A stretch of DNA of 64,000 nucleotides, taken from the IMG/VR virus record IMGVR_UViG_3300050132_000038, positions 154,862 through 218,861 of that record; one strand, given 5' to 3'. The translations under genes and the position numbers were made by a program. Below are positions 17,615 through 27,800 of the stretch, piece by piece (the first letter of the stretch is position 1; the number at the start of each line of letters is the position of its first letter). The notes below the pieces were generated by a model. That model was not told where the DNA came from. It saw nothing but the letters and a program-made list of their open reading frames with translations, and made no database searches.

Positions 17615-18511
17615 ATGAGCAATATTAACCCTGCGTATCAAGTCACAATTATGCAAAGCCATGTTCCAGCAGGGCAGACACCAATTATAGTACAGGCACC
17701 CTTACCTGAGACCTTTGCCTTCGACTCCAATGCTAGTTACGCTCAATCACTACCTCAGGGTCCTACCTCTGGTGCAGTTGCTCAGGTAGCCTCGGCCTTT
17801 GGTATTCGATTAGCAGTACCAGCAATGACAGCCCAGTTGTGGCAGGGTGCCTCAGAGACTACCTTAACCCTTGCTCTTGAATTTCATACAGAGAGTGATC
17901 CAGTAGCAGACGTACAAACACCTATTCTCAACTTGAATAGGTTGACCATGCCCTCTGTTAGTTCTAGTACAGGGATGTTGCAGTCTCCGGGGCCTTCCTT
18001 GAATGTGTCGCAGATAACTACACTGGTTAAGAATGCCGGTACGCAGTTAGTTAACACCGCAACGGCCGTAGGTAACGGGCAGGTGCAACCTACCGCAGCG
18101 TCGATGACAAACACCTCTGTTAGTGCTAACCAAGGTTCTAACACTCCGGTTACTCAGTCGAACACACAGAACCCGCAGTTGGGTAGCTCTCAGTATTGGA
18201 AGTCACAGGTAGCCAATCAGATTTCAATTCGGATTGGTAACTATATGTTCTTTGACTCGGTTGTTATAACAAACGTCCAGCAGACGTTCATGTCAAACAT
18301 AGATGCTGCAACCGGATTGCCGCATCATGCTACGGTGAACATAACGTTCAAGCCGTTCTTCATGCTGACTCAAGAAGACCTGTCCTCCGTGTTCATTAAC
18401 AATCAGTCGAAGGCGGGCCTACCAACTACTAGTAACATAGGTAGTGGCATTATGGGCCCTCCTGTCTCCTTGTCCCAAGCTGCACTACTAGCACAGACTA
18501 CTATTCGATAG
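17615..18511 (+). CDS. Baseplate / tail tube initiator-like protein
   Basis: Low-charge structural composition; SVVITNVQQTF...PHHATVNITF resembles gp48-like C-termini. Confidence 0.5.
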   Translation: MSNINPAYQVTIMQSHVPAGQTPIIVQAPLPETFAFDSNASYAQSLPQGPTSGAVAQVASAFGIRLAVPAMTAQLWQGASETTLTLALEFHTESDPVADVQTPILNLNRLTMPSVSSSTGMLQSPGPSLNVSQITTLVKNAGTQLVNTATAVGNGQVQPTAASMTNTSVSANQGSNTPVTQSNTQNPQLGSSQYWKSQVANQISIRIGNYMFFDSVVITNVQQTFMSNIDAATGLPHHATVNITFKPFFMLTQEDLSSVFINNQSKAGLPTTSNIGSGIMGPPVSLSQAALLAQTTIR

Positions 18512-18520
18512 GGGTACGAG

Positions 18521-18865
18521 ATGGCTATTGATACCGATTACGACTGGACTAACTACACAGTAGTAGATAACACAGGTACCGACTGGGATGTGTTCAGTTC
18601 AGCTTACAAGAATTTGAGGTTCAACGTACCAACCAACCAGCAGGTACAGCTCACTGCCTCGACAGCAGCTAACCTTCCAGGGCTTGCTTATCTGTACTAC
18701 GGGGATACGTCCTTGTGGCGTGCCCTCTTGGCGTACAACGGCTGGTCTGATCCGCTCTCGGAGGTTGCGCCGGGAGTAGTAATGAACATTCCTACAAAGG
18801 CAGCACTCCTGCAATACCTGTCTTCACAGAAGGCTACTAACGTCCCTGTGACAATTACGATCTAA
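18521..18865 (+). CDS. Baseplate LysM/tail-X-like protein
   Basis: LAYLYYGDTSLWRALLAYNG...GVVMNIP. Confidence 0.7.
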   Translation: MAIDTDYDWTNYTVVDNTGTDWDVFSSAYKNLRFNVPTNQQVQLTASTAANLPGLAYLYYGDTSLWRALLAYNGWSDPLSEVAPGVVMNIPTKAALLQYLSSQKATNVPVTITI

Positions 18866-18873
18866 GGTATAGT

Positions 18874-19995
18874 ATGTCCTATATTATTAAGGATCGCATA
18901 GAGATCAGCATTAGCATCAACGGTACTGACTACCCTATAAGCCCTGGCACAAACACGTTAAACTTTTTGCAGATGGGGTGTTCAGCGCGTCAGAAGCTTC
19001 CCACCTGTCACTTCATGGTGACAGACAATACGAAAGCCTTGGACAAGGTGTTCCTGCAGGATGGTATACCCCTCACAATAACTACTAAGGCGTATAAGTT
19101 CCCGACCCACACTTATACCTTCCGCCTGTTCCATAAGAGGAAGACGTTCGATGGTTCTTCCTTTAGGTATGAGATAGACGGCTATTGGGACTCCCCTATC
19201 TACTGGGCAGGTACTTCCGAAGCAGGGATGCAGGGAACCTCCAGTACGGTGTTGCAGACCATTGCAACACTGAGCGGCCTACAGTACAGGGGGATTACCA
19301 CTAATGATCCACAGCTATGGATGCAGCGTAATCGTAGCTATGGTGACTTCGTTAAAACCGTTTATCAACACGGGTACATCTCTGATAGCTCATACACCGT
19401 AGCCGGAGTGGATTTAACCGGAACCCTAATCTATGTAGATGCTAACAATCTGCCTAAGCCTACGACTACATTAGTAGCGTATCAGAACATCGAGGGCATG
19501 TACACCGTAGCGGATTACAAGGCAACTACTAAGTCTGGATTGAACAATAACCTAACGGGTTACAATAACGCTAGGTACACACAGAGTCAGACAGGGGTGC
19601 TCTCGACGGCTAACGACCAGCTAGCATTCACGCCGGACACTACTTCACCGGCGTTCAACACCACAGTGAAGACGCAGGCTGCTCGTGGTTATCAGAGCTA
19701 CGGCCCGATCGATGTAGGTAACGTTCATTCAAAGTACGAACGTGCTGCCTACCAGAACATGCGGTATGCTAACCTACTTTCAATGGACGTGGACTTCCTG
19801 GTGTACACTCCGACCCCGCTAACGTTGTTCGACAAGTTTACGTTCAGCTTGGAGACGGAGAATCACAAGCAAGATCCTGCATACTCCGGCGTATACACGG
19901 TATCAGGGTATGCTATGTTTGTACAGGGCACCACATATGCGCAGAAGATCAGCGCGTGCAGATCTGGCGTGGACGTCCCCTATACCAACGGATAA
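18874..19995 (+). CDS. Baseplate hub protein (gp27/gpD-like)
   Basis: Size and position between the LysM-like and spike genes. Confidence 0.55.
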   Translation: MSYIIKDRIEISISINGTDYPISPGTNTLNFLQMGCSARQKLPTCHFMVTDNTKALDKVFLQDGIPLTITTKAYKFPTHTYTFRLFHKRKTFDGSSFRYEIDGYWDSPIYWAGTSEAGMQGTSSTVLQTIATLSGLQYRGITTNDPQLWMQRNRSYGDFVKTVYQHGYISDSSYTVAGVDLTGTLIYVDANNLPKPTTTLVAYQNIEGMYTVADYKATTKSGLNNNLTGYNNARYTQSQTGVLSTANDQLAFTPDTTSPAFNTTVKTQAARGYQSYGPIDVGNVHSKYERAAYQNMRYANLLSMDVDFLVYTPTPLTLFDKFTFSLETENHKQDPAYSGVYTVSGYAMFVQGTTYAQKISACRSGVDVPYTNG

Positions 19996-20006
19996 CGGAG
20001 AACTTC

Positions 20007-20789
20007 ATGGGATTGAATAGTACCAACGATGCAGTAAAGCATGGCGAGGATTATGGTGACGGCTACTACTTAGGAACCGTTACTAACAATGTAGATCCTC
20101 TAGGTATCGGTCGAGTGCAGGCTAGTGTACCCGGCTTGTACAATCCGGCCAAGGGGCCTGTGCCTTGGGTTGGCCCTATTAAGGATTCCCCATTTGGTTT
20201 CGGAACAGGACCTAAAGGCCCCTACGGTGTGTACGGCAGCCCTTACGTAGGTTCCCAACTCATGGTGGAGTTGCAGAAAGGTGACGAGAACAACGCCCTG
20301 TACTCCCCTATACCAACTGCCCCTTCTGCTAACCCGGCGTTCGCTAATCCGTTGACCTGGGGCTTTCAAGATCCCTCGGGTAACATCCTCGTGGTCAACA
20401 TGGAGACCGGGTTATGGATGTGGACTCATAGCTCTGGGGATACCATTAGCTATGATGCAGCTGGTGACCGAGTAGTGGTGGTGAAGGGTAATGCCACGGA
20501 GAACATTACAGGGAACCTAAACATCACAGTGCAGGGTAATGCCTCCTTCGATGTCACCGGCACCGCTACGTACACTGCTGCAGAGCACCAGTTCATGGGT
20601 CCTGTTACTATGAGCGAAACACTGATGGTGGCCTCTAGCATTACAGACATGACGGGGTCTGGTAATACAGCTACCGTTATGGATATGCGTACATTCTTCG
20701 ACGAACATATGCACGACGTGGATAATGTCATGCCTGGCAACAGTACACTGACCACAACTACGCCTACCCCTCAGATTCCTAATGTGTAG
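20007..20789 (+). CDS. Baseplate central spike (gp5/gpV-like)
   Basis: OB-fold GTVTNNVDPLGIGRVQASVP, beta-helix repeats, C-terminal FDEHMHD metal-binding tip; GGAG RBS before ATG 20007. Confidence 0.8.
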   Translation: MGLNSTNDAVKHGEDYGDGYYLGTVTNNVDPLGIGRVQASVPGLYNPAKGPVPWVGPIKDSPFGFGTGPKGPYGVYGSPYVGSQLMVELQKGDENNALYSPIPTAPSANPAFANPLTWGFQDPSGNILVVNMETGLWMWTHSSGDTISYDAAGDRVVVVKGNATENITGNLNITVQGNASFDVTGTATYTAAEHQFMGPVTMSETLMVASSITDMTGSGNTATVMDMRTFFDEHMHDVDNVMPGNSTLTTTTPTPQIPNV

Positions 20790-20828
20790 TTCGCAAATTT
20801 CATAGTAACAAAACACTAGGAGTATATA

Positions 20829-21245
20829 GTGGCAGCCCTAACAAATTTTCAAATCTCTCTCCAAGGTGCGACCTGGATTGATGTAAACTCATTGTTTACG
20901 ATGAACACCTTACCTGATAGGTTACCCGATGCCTTGAGTCTACAGTACGGAAGTTTATATAATTTGTTCAACTGTAGCATCGGGGAAAGGAGTAGGACGT
21001 TCCAGCCCCAGTACGGTATGTATTGGAAAGAAGCACTTCAGGAGCCAATAGATAACATCACGGCCACCAAGATGCAGATCGGTATGATACAAGCACTAGC
21101 TAGATGGGAGCCTCGGATCACCGTGGACGTCGCTAACTCCTACGTGACTCCTGACCTTTCACTACCAGGCTATCAAGTGCAGGTTGCCTTCATGTTGAAC
21201 CTCACCTCACAGCGCCAAGCAGTTTCGTTTGCAGTCACTACTTAG
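20829..21245 (+). CDS. Baseplate wedge gp25-like protein
   Basis: GERSRTFQPQYG...LQEPID...LARWEPRITV. Confidence 0.8.
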   Translation: MAALTNFQISLQGATWIDVNSLFTMNTLPDRLPDALSLQYGSLYNLFNCSIGERSRTFQPQYGMYWKEALQEPIDNITATKMQIGMIQALARWEPRITVDVANSYVTPDLSLPGYQVQVAFMLNLTSQRQAVSFAVTT

Positions 21246-21275
21246 CAGAACAATATAGTCCACTGAGATTCTATT

Positions 21276-23084
21276 ATGGCGACATCGACCACAACTAGTG
21301 TAACCACTCCTGCCCAAGTACTTTCGTTAAGTCCACTAACCGCGGAAGTGACGGACTTTACCGGACAGTTCCATACGTACCTGCAGAACAACCCGACGTG
21401 GGTGGGCAACCTTACGACGCAGACTTCTGAGACCCTAGTTGAGCTGTTGTCTACGATTGGTACATACGCCCAAGCACGTATCACCCGTAAGTACGAGGAT
21501 GCGTTTGCGGAGACTGCTCAATCAGACGATGCTATTCTATCTATCACACAGATGCAGGGCCTCCGTATTACGCGGTACCTTCCTGCACAAGTATCAGTTA
21601 CACTGACCTCGCCTACTGAGATTTCATTCAACCCTCTAACTCAGTTCCAGGGGGCAGGCTCTTACTTCTTCAATCAGCAGCAGATAACGCTGTACGCTAA
21701 CACTCCCCTCACTGTTACTTTGTGCGAAGGTCAGATCTATGCCTATTCCATGAATGGTTTGGGCACAGAGAGACAAACCTATGTAGGGGTTCAGCCTGGG
21801 TTCGTTGTATCAGATCAGGATGTGCTAGTCCAGCTGAACGGAGTTACCATTCCTAAAGCTTATGGTGGCTTATGGAACTTCGACGGTCTTCCTGGCTACG
21901 CAGATTTAACAATGAGTGACGGTCGTCTCCTCCTGCAGTTCGGTAACTTAGGTGGCCTATCCACTATCGGACAGTTCGGTACTATTCCTAAAGCTACCGA
22001 TACCGTAGTGGTTAGTTATCCTGTAACTCAGGGCGCAACAGGTAACGGTATCGTCTCAATGGGTAACCCTGTTACTGTAGTCGGGTTCCCTATGGTAGCC
22101 GGAACATTCCTCGATAATCCTAGTGGCGGTTCTAACGCTAAACCAACTCTAGTCTACAAGAACGTGGCTTCGGGTGGATTCGGAACATATAGCTCAGGTG
22201 TTACCAAGTCACAGTACCTGAGCATACTCGCTACTTATCCAGGTATTGTTGATATTGTGACGCAGGCGCAGCGGGAGATTAACCCGATGGCGGTGCAGTG
22301 GATGAACGTTATCCGCATCTCTGCACTGACCAACAGCCCGTGGTCGCAAACACAGATTCAGGAGTTCCTGACGTACGCACAATCAGTAACGCAATACGCA
22401 CCGTACTTCATTTGGGTTGCACCGACAGCAGTTCCGCAGACTGTTAATGTTTCGGTGTACGTATTTAACACTGCAGTACCGTCACAGGTGCAATCAGCAG
22501 TGCAGACAGCGATGGTGAACCTATTCGCTATCAAGCCAGGTATCTTAGCCACTGACTTCTTCCTGTCGGACATTGAGAACGCGGTGTTCGCTGCTGCTCC
22601 TGGTTTGGTATCCTACGTAGTGGTGAATGAACCTACAGGGCCGATGATTGTAACTGCTCCTCAATCTCCAATGCCTACTTACACACTGGTTATGGACGGA
22701 GGAACATTGGGACCTCTGGTATACGCCTATGCCATATCGACCACTCTGATGAACGGTCAAGTTGGGACTCCCGTGAATTGGGTATTTCCGCAGGTTACAT
22801 CTATGGCAGATAACTACGCAGTTACCCTGACCTGGCCCCCAGTAGTGAATGCAGCTTCGTATCAGATCTGGGGGCGCTCTGCTGCTATGGTAGGACTACT
22901 TGGAACAGTAGAGGCTAATATGCCCTTAACCTTTACGGATACAGGGATGGTTATGCCTACTGGTAGCCCACCGAACGGCGTGGCGGATGTGCCCATACAA
23001 TTTAATTCACTGGCAAGTTTAACGGTGAACGTGTATCCGTCGACGAGGCAAGCTAAACTCGGTAATACATTGTTTGGGACTTGA
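21276..23084 (+). CDS. Baseplate wedge protein (gp6/J-like)
   Basis: LVELLSTIG...FAETAQ N-terminus; VTKSQY...YPGIVD pattern; follows gp25. Confidence 0.7.
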   Translation: MATSTTTSVTTPAQVLSLSPLTAEVTDFTGQFHTYLQNNPTWVGNLTTQTSETLVELLSTIGTYAQARITRKYEDAFAETAQSDDAILSITQMQGLRITRYLPAQVSVTLTSPTEISFNPLTQFQGAGSYFFNQQQITLYANTPLTVTLCEGQIYAYSMNGLGTERQTYVGVQPGFVVSDQDVLVQLNGVTIPKAYGGLWNFDGLPGYADLTMSDGRLLLQFGNLGGLSTIGQFGTIPKATDTVVVSYPVTQGATGNGIVSMGNPVTVVGFPMVAGTFLDNPSGGSNAKPTLVYKNVASGGFGTYSSGVTKSQYLSILATYPGIVDIVTQAQREINPMAVQWMNVIRISALTNSPWSQTQIQEFLTYAQSVTQYAPYFIWVAPTAVPQTVNVSVYVFNTAVPSQVQSAVQTAMVNLFAIKPGILATDFFLSDIENAVFAAAPGLVSYVVVNEPTGPMIVTAPQSPMPTYTLVMDGGTLGPLVYAYAISTTLMNGQVGTPVNWVFPQVTSMADNYAVTLTWPPVVNAASYQIWGRSAAMVGLLGTVEANMPLTFTDTGMVMPTGSPPNGVADVPIQFNSLASLTVNVYPSTRQAKLGNTLFGT

Positions 23085-23086
23085 AG

Positions 23087-24352
23087 ATGACGACACCACT
23101 TCCACCATCATTATACGAGTACACACTCTCACCTCCCACTACTGATAGCAAGGAGAATATTAGGCTAGGCTACAGGACCCCAAGATCCCTGTTGGCTCCT
23201 CCGTACATCTACCAAAATCCTTATTTTGTAGCCCTGCTGGATGCGGTAGACTATGTGTTCGAGACCACCGTCGATATTCCAACAGAAGTTTTAGGTGACC
23301 TACGTAAGATGTGGGTCACTAATCCGATGTTGGAAAACAATCAGATTGCTAACTCAGAGTTGATCCCCTTCGAGGCATGGTCGCAACCTGAGTGGGAGAT
23401 TTTGGTTAAGCAGGTCAATATGTTGGGCATGAAGTTGCAGTCAGCTTCGGTATTGACCAACGATAACTATCAGTCTATAGCTAGGTGGGTTGGTCAATAC
23501 TGGTTTGGTAAGGGGACCTCAGCATTCATTAATTTTATAAATTATTGCCTGAGTTCTAGCCTAGCTATAGAACAGCTGTGGACCGCAGACTACATTACGT
23601 TTTACCCTACAGGAGATTCCCGCATAGGAACTCCAATATGGGAGGGAGGCACTTGGTATCCTACTCCTAATGTAGCAATCACGGCTTCGGGTGGTCTACA
23701 ATCACTAGATGTGCAGACGTTGACCACATTCTTCTACGAGATTGCGAATTACAATATAGTGTTGCATGACATAGCACTAACGTTTGATATTCCAATCACT
23801 ACCACACCTACGGGTACCAATGCCCCTGTAGTAGCGTTAGGATTGAATATGGTTCAAGCGGTGCCGATCTCTAACTTGTACAGCTACGGTGCGAACTCTC
23901 CAGAGCTTACCATAACAGACGAAGTCCCCACCGCAGCGTGGACGACCAATCCAGGTAATATTGACCTTACTGGTGTGTATATGCTGGCAGCCCCTACGTC
24001 ATGGATTCAAGATACTATGGGGCGCGTCTTTCCGCTGTATGACGGCCCACAGCAAGTACCTGTACTAGAGACAGAACTCCCTACTACCCTATGTGGGCCC
24101 GTAGTAGCTGGAGCAACCTCTGTTATATATGGCCCTGTTATGTGGCAGGCTATTCCGACCGGCACGTATAGCGGCGGACGCCTTCCGGTGTTCAGCACAA
24201 TGCCTGTAGCAAAGACCGCAGACCTAGGAGAGGCCCCTACTAATCTAGTAGGGTTCCCCACATGCCTATTAGTTAATCCTACAGGCTTTGCTGAGTTTGT
24301 GCTAGGCTCCGGTTTATACAGTCCGTATTGGACAGGTTCCCCAGTACTCTAA
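23087..24352 (+). CDS. Baseplate wedge protein (gp7/gpI-like)
   Basis: Position; GQYWFGKGTSAFINFI pattern. Confidence 0.5.
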   Translation: MTTPLPPSLYEYTLSPPTTDSKENIRLGYRTPRSLLAPPYIYQNPYFVALLDAVDYVFETTVDIPTEVLGDLRKMWVTNPMLENNQIANSELIPFEAWSQPEWEILVKQVNMLGMKLQSASVLTNDNYQSIARWVGQYWFGKGTSAFINFINYCLSSSLAIEQLWTADYITFYPTGDSRIGTPIWEGGTWYPTPNVAITASGGLQSLDVQTLTTFFYEIANYNIVLHDIALTFDIPITTTPTGTNAPVVALGLNMVQAVPISNLYSYGANSPELTITDEVPTAAWTTNPGNIDLTGVYMLAAPTSWIQDTMGRVFPLYDGPQQVPVLETELPTTLCGPVVAGATSVIYGPVMWQAIPTGTYSGGRLPVFSTMPVAKTADLGEAPTNLVGFPTCLLVNPTGFAEFVLGSGLYSPYWTGSPVL

Positions 24353-24364
24353 AAGAGAAATCAG

Positions 24365-25480
24365 ATGGCATACGAACTTCCCACCTTCTATGATTCAATG
24401 GCCCAAGTAATCCGATCTATGGATACTGGAGATCAGATTCCCCCTATGCAGGTGCCCCTTAGTGCCACCATGGGAAACATTCTACAGATCCTTAGTGATG
24501 GCCTATACGTGGGGTCAACCTTAGCACTCCCTTCTGTGGTGTACATCAACAATGTAACTGGTGTAGACGCTCCCGGTAACGGCACTATGGCTATGCCATA
24601 CGCTACAATCGACTACGCTGTGTCTCAGTTGACAATGGCTTCGGTCAATCACCAGTTATCGACCTCCACCGTATTGGCATTGCAGGCAGGGCAGACCTTC
24701 CCTATAGTAAACGACATTAATCTGTATGGAGGAACCTTAACGTTTGCGTTCTACGGTGATATGAACTACGGTGCCTACTCTAGTCCGCCAGTAGGTACGG
24801 GTGCTATCCCTGCGATAATGACTGATCTCATGCGCCCGGTCCTTGTCCCTGCGGTGTCTCTGACGAGCACTAACCTTTGGCACATGTCTGGGGTTAATCT
24901 GTACGGAGGTAATATCTCACTGTTAGGTGTAGAGCTTGAGCTACCTATGGCACCCTCTGGTCCTTCTATCTCGTTGTACTCAGATGCAGCAGACTTTGTA
25001 CGTTCAATGAACTATGCAACGCCTGGGTACCTAGATTTGCAAGGGGCTATAGTAAACCAGCAGGATCCAACTGCCTTCTGGGGAGTTCTAGGCGTCCACG
25101 CTAGGTCTACCTCATTCTCCTTGATTCAATACGCATCGCAATTTCAGGTAGCAGGGATGCTTATCGACTTGGCTAATATGTCGACCAGTCCTGAGCTGAT
25201 GGCGCGTCCGTACTTCATTAAGTTCTACCCGGACTTTATTGGTAGCAATCAGCAGCAGGGTGTTCTGTATGATACAGCAATTACGGCAACGTCTGCCTCA
25301 GGTCTGCTTAAAGTTTTGTGGGCGGATACACAGAGCTATACAATTGAGAGCACTAAGACTAACCTCATGTCCTTCCCAATTGCTTATGATCTAGTGTACG
25401 GCCTCCGCAATTATTTTTATGGAATTACGTATGATTCACTAATGCGTCCAGTGAACGTAATCCCCAGTCGAACAATCTAA
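24365..25480 (+). CDS. Virion structural protein
   Basis: Low-charge composition; VYINNVTGVD...PYATI fibre-type motif. Confidence 0.5.
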   Translation: MAYELPTFYDSMAQVIRSMDTGDQIPPMQVPLSATMGNILQILSDGLYVGSTLALPSVVYINNVTGVDAPGNGTMAMPYATIDYAVSQLTMASVNHQLSTSTVLALQAGQTFPIVNDINLYGGTLTFAFYGDMNYGAYSSPPVGTGAIPAIMTDLMRPVLVPAVSLTSTNLWHMSGVNLYGGNISLLGVELELPMAPSGPSISLYSDAADFVRSMNYATPGYLDLQGAIVNQQDPTAFWGVLGVHARSTSFSLIQYASQFQVAGMLIDLANMSTSPELMARPYFIKFYPDFIGSNQQQGVLYDTAITATSASGLLKVLWADTQSYTIESTKTNLMSFPIAYDLVYGLRNYFYGITYDSLMRPVNVIPSRTI

Positions 25481-25496
25481 CCTTTGAGGTTCTTTC

Positions 25497-27281
25497 ATGA
25501 GTGGCACGCCCGTCTTCCAGATCACCTCAATTGGTTTAGCTACTGCTTCAATAGCTCTACCTACAGGCCCCTATATAAATATCACAAGCTTTGCCATCGG
25601 GAGTGGGTATGGTTATACCCCCTTACCTACTGATACCGGGCTGAGTGGTACTACGCTATTCTCCGGAACTCCCACCTCCTACCAGAACGTAGGTGGGGAT
25701 ACAATCGACATTCTGTGCTCGATACCTCCTAATGCCGGGCCTTTCCAGTTCGGGGAGATTGCACTGTATCTTCCTGGTAACGTAATGTTCGCCAAGGCGG
25801 TGTTCCCCACACCGCAGACCAAATTCAGTGCCCTAGGCTCTAACGTTGTTTCCTCGTATGAGCTCCACTGCTTGCTGACGTTGGCTCAGGGAACAGCGAT
25901 CTTCCAGGTCACTACGTCTAGTCCTACTACCCTGTTACAGGTGTTCAACTGGTCGGATATTTACCCACCAAGCTTGAGTGCTAATCCCACGGTACCCTTA
26001 CTACAGGTTATGGAGCTCTCGGAGTACGGTGATTCAACACTACTCTCTAACTCTAGTGCTGGGACGTGGACGATTGACAGCACGTATGGTCGATATTCTC
26101 AGTACAACGATACGCCGTACTTTCAAGTAGCTAATGCCTCGACCACTTGGATTGAAGTACTAGCAACTGAGTTACACCCACAGGATATAACAAGTGTTAG
26201 TGAACGGTTTGTTATTGAAACTTCCAGTGGGTACTTCCGTTCTGTAAATAGTGTAGTAGCGTCGGGTATGAACTACCGGTTTAACTTGAACGGAGCCCCA
26301 TTGCAAACTGTACCTATGGCCGGTTCCAACATAACGGTTTATCGTGATGACCTGGCAAAGGGTACTTCGTACTACTCACAGATTCTTGATCCACTGAACT
26401 ACGACATCACTAACTATGCCGCAGACACGGGTACAACTAATGCGTACGCAGCTACGTATAAGCAGAAGACTCCGGTACCACAAGTCGGGATGATTCGTTC
26501 TTTCCTAGTAGCCAATCCTAATACAGGTGCCTCTACTTTTGCACTAGACGGAGGGGCACCCTACCCGGTTTACGGTATGAACAATACGCCGTTACAGGGT
26601 GAAGAAATGAATGGTCGAGTTTGGGTAGAGTTCTCGGCTACTAGTAACTGGATTCTAATTAACAGTAGTATGGGTCCCCTACAGATTCCCAATGCACTGT
26701 ATAGTCAGCAAGCAGTTACCCTAGGGCAAGCGCAGGCGTTATCTCCTCCAGGGCAGATCATATATATGGCTGCGTCTACGCCCCCTACCGGGTTTCTCGT
26801 TGCCAACGGGTCTGCCGTGTCGCGTACTGCTTACGCTAATTTATTTGCTACTATCGGTACCTACTACGGTACTGGTGACGGAGCAACGACGTTTAACCTT
26901 CCTGACTTACGCGGTGTCGTCCCCCGAGGATGGGATGACGGTCGAGGACTAGACACTGGACGGGTCTTTGGTACGTACCAAGCTGACATGTACATGTCTC
27001 ACAATCACGGAGTTAATGACCCGACGCACAATCACTATGTTAATGACCCAGAACATACGCATACTATGACGATGGGCAGTCTTGCTCAGTCGGGTAGCTC
27101 TACCTACTGCTATGTACCCAGTAGTCTGTATGGGTTTCCTAATCCCCACACAGAAACTACTAGCCCTGCTGCTACGGGTATCTACCTTAGTGCTGCTTAC
27201 ACTGGTATTAGTATTCAATATTCGGGCGGTAATGAGACCCGAGGAAAGAATTTTTCACTGCTAGCCTGTGTGAAGTTCTAA
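25497..27281 (+). CDS. Tail fibre with collar domain
   Basis: PPGQII...PTGFLVANGSAVSRTAYANLFATIG...FNLPDLRG...GWDDGRG; HNH/HTH tip repeats. Confidence 0.85.
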   Translation: MSGTPVFQITSIGLATASIALPTGPYINITSFAIGSGYGYTPLPTDTGLSGTTLFSGTPTSYQNVGGDTIDILCSIPPNAGPFQFGEIALYLPGNVMFAKAVFPTPQTKFSALGSNVVSSYELHCLLTLAQGTAIFQVTTSSPTTLLQVFNWSDIYPPSLSANPTVPLLQVMELSEYGDSTLLSNSSAGTWTIDSTYGRYSQYNDTPYFQVANASTTWIEVLATELHPQDITSVSERFVIETSSGYFRSVNSVVASGMNYRFNLNGAPLQTVPMAGSNITVYRDDLAKGTSYYSQILDPLNYDITNYAADTGTTNAYAATYKQKTPVPQVGMIRSFLVANPNTGASTFALDGGAPYPVYGMNNTPLQGEEMNGRVWVEFSATSNWILINSSMGPLQIPNALYSQQAVTLGQAQALSPPGQIIYMAASTPPTGFLVANGSAVSRTAYANLFATIGTYYGTGDGATTFNLPDLRGVVPRGWDDGRGLDTGRVFGTYQADMYMSHNHGVNDPTHNHYVNDPEHTHTMTMGSLAQSGSSTYCYVPSSLYGFPNPHTETTSPAATGIYLSAAYTGISIQYSGGNETRGKNFSLLACVKF

Positions 27282-27303
27282 ACGAATATAAGGATAATAA
27301 ACA

Positions 27304-27798
27304 ATGACTACCAAAACCGTTTATAACTATGACTCTAAGTCCTTTCGCTATCTCGGGGAGGGTACTGCCTTTGAATCCCCGCTGGAGGAGGGGGTCTACC
27401 ACTATCCAGCTAACTCAACCACTGTTGCAGTACCCGAGTATACTCCACAAGTTGCTCATGCTGTATGGAATGGTGAACGTTGGAACGTAGTAGCTCTCAG
27501 CACCCCAGAGCCAGGTTCAGCTGAGAGTGAGATGACTTCTTGGCAGCAGTACCAGATGAACGTGGTCAAGGTACTATCTCATAGTGACGCAGTAATGACA
27601 GGTATCTTGGATGCAGTGATTCTAGGACTGAACACCTTTGATAGCCCAGATGTAGTGGCGTTCGTGCAGTGGCGCATGAAGTTGAAAGCAATACTTAATA
27701 TCCTCGAAGGAGATGCTAATATAGAGGTTCCGAAAATGCCACCACTACCAAAGGGGCTTACTCCCGAGGCCTTCAACGTATTACCAAAGAAGGGGTAG
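27304..27798 (+). CDS. Tail fibre assembly chaperone (Tfa-like)
   Basis: VYNYD...PANST...AVWNGERW, directly after the collar fibre. Confidence 0.7.
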   Translation: MTTKTVYNYDSKSFRYLGEGTAFESPLEEGVYHYPANSTTVAVPEYTPQVAHAVWNGERWNVVALSTPEPGSAESEMTSWQQYQMNVVKVLSHSDAVMTGILDAVILGLNTFDSPDVVAFVQWRMKLKAILNILEGDANIEVPKMPPLPKGLTPEAFNVLPKKG

Positions 27799-27800
27799 TC

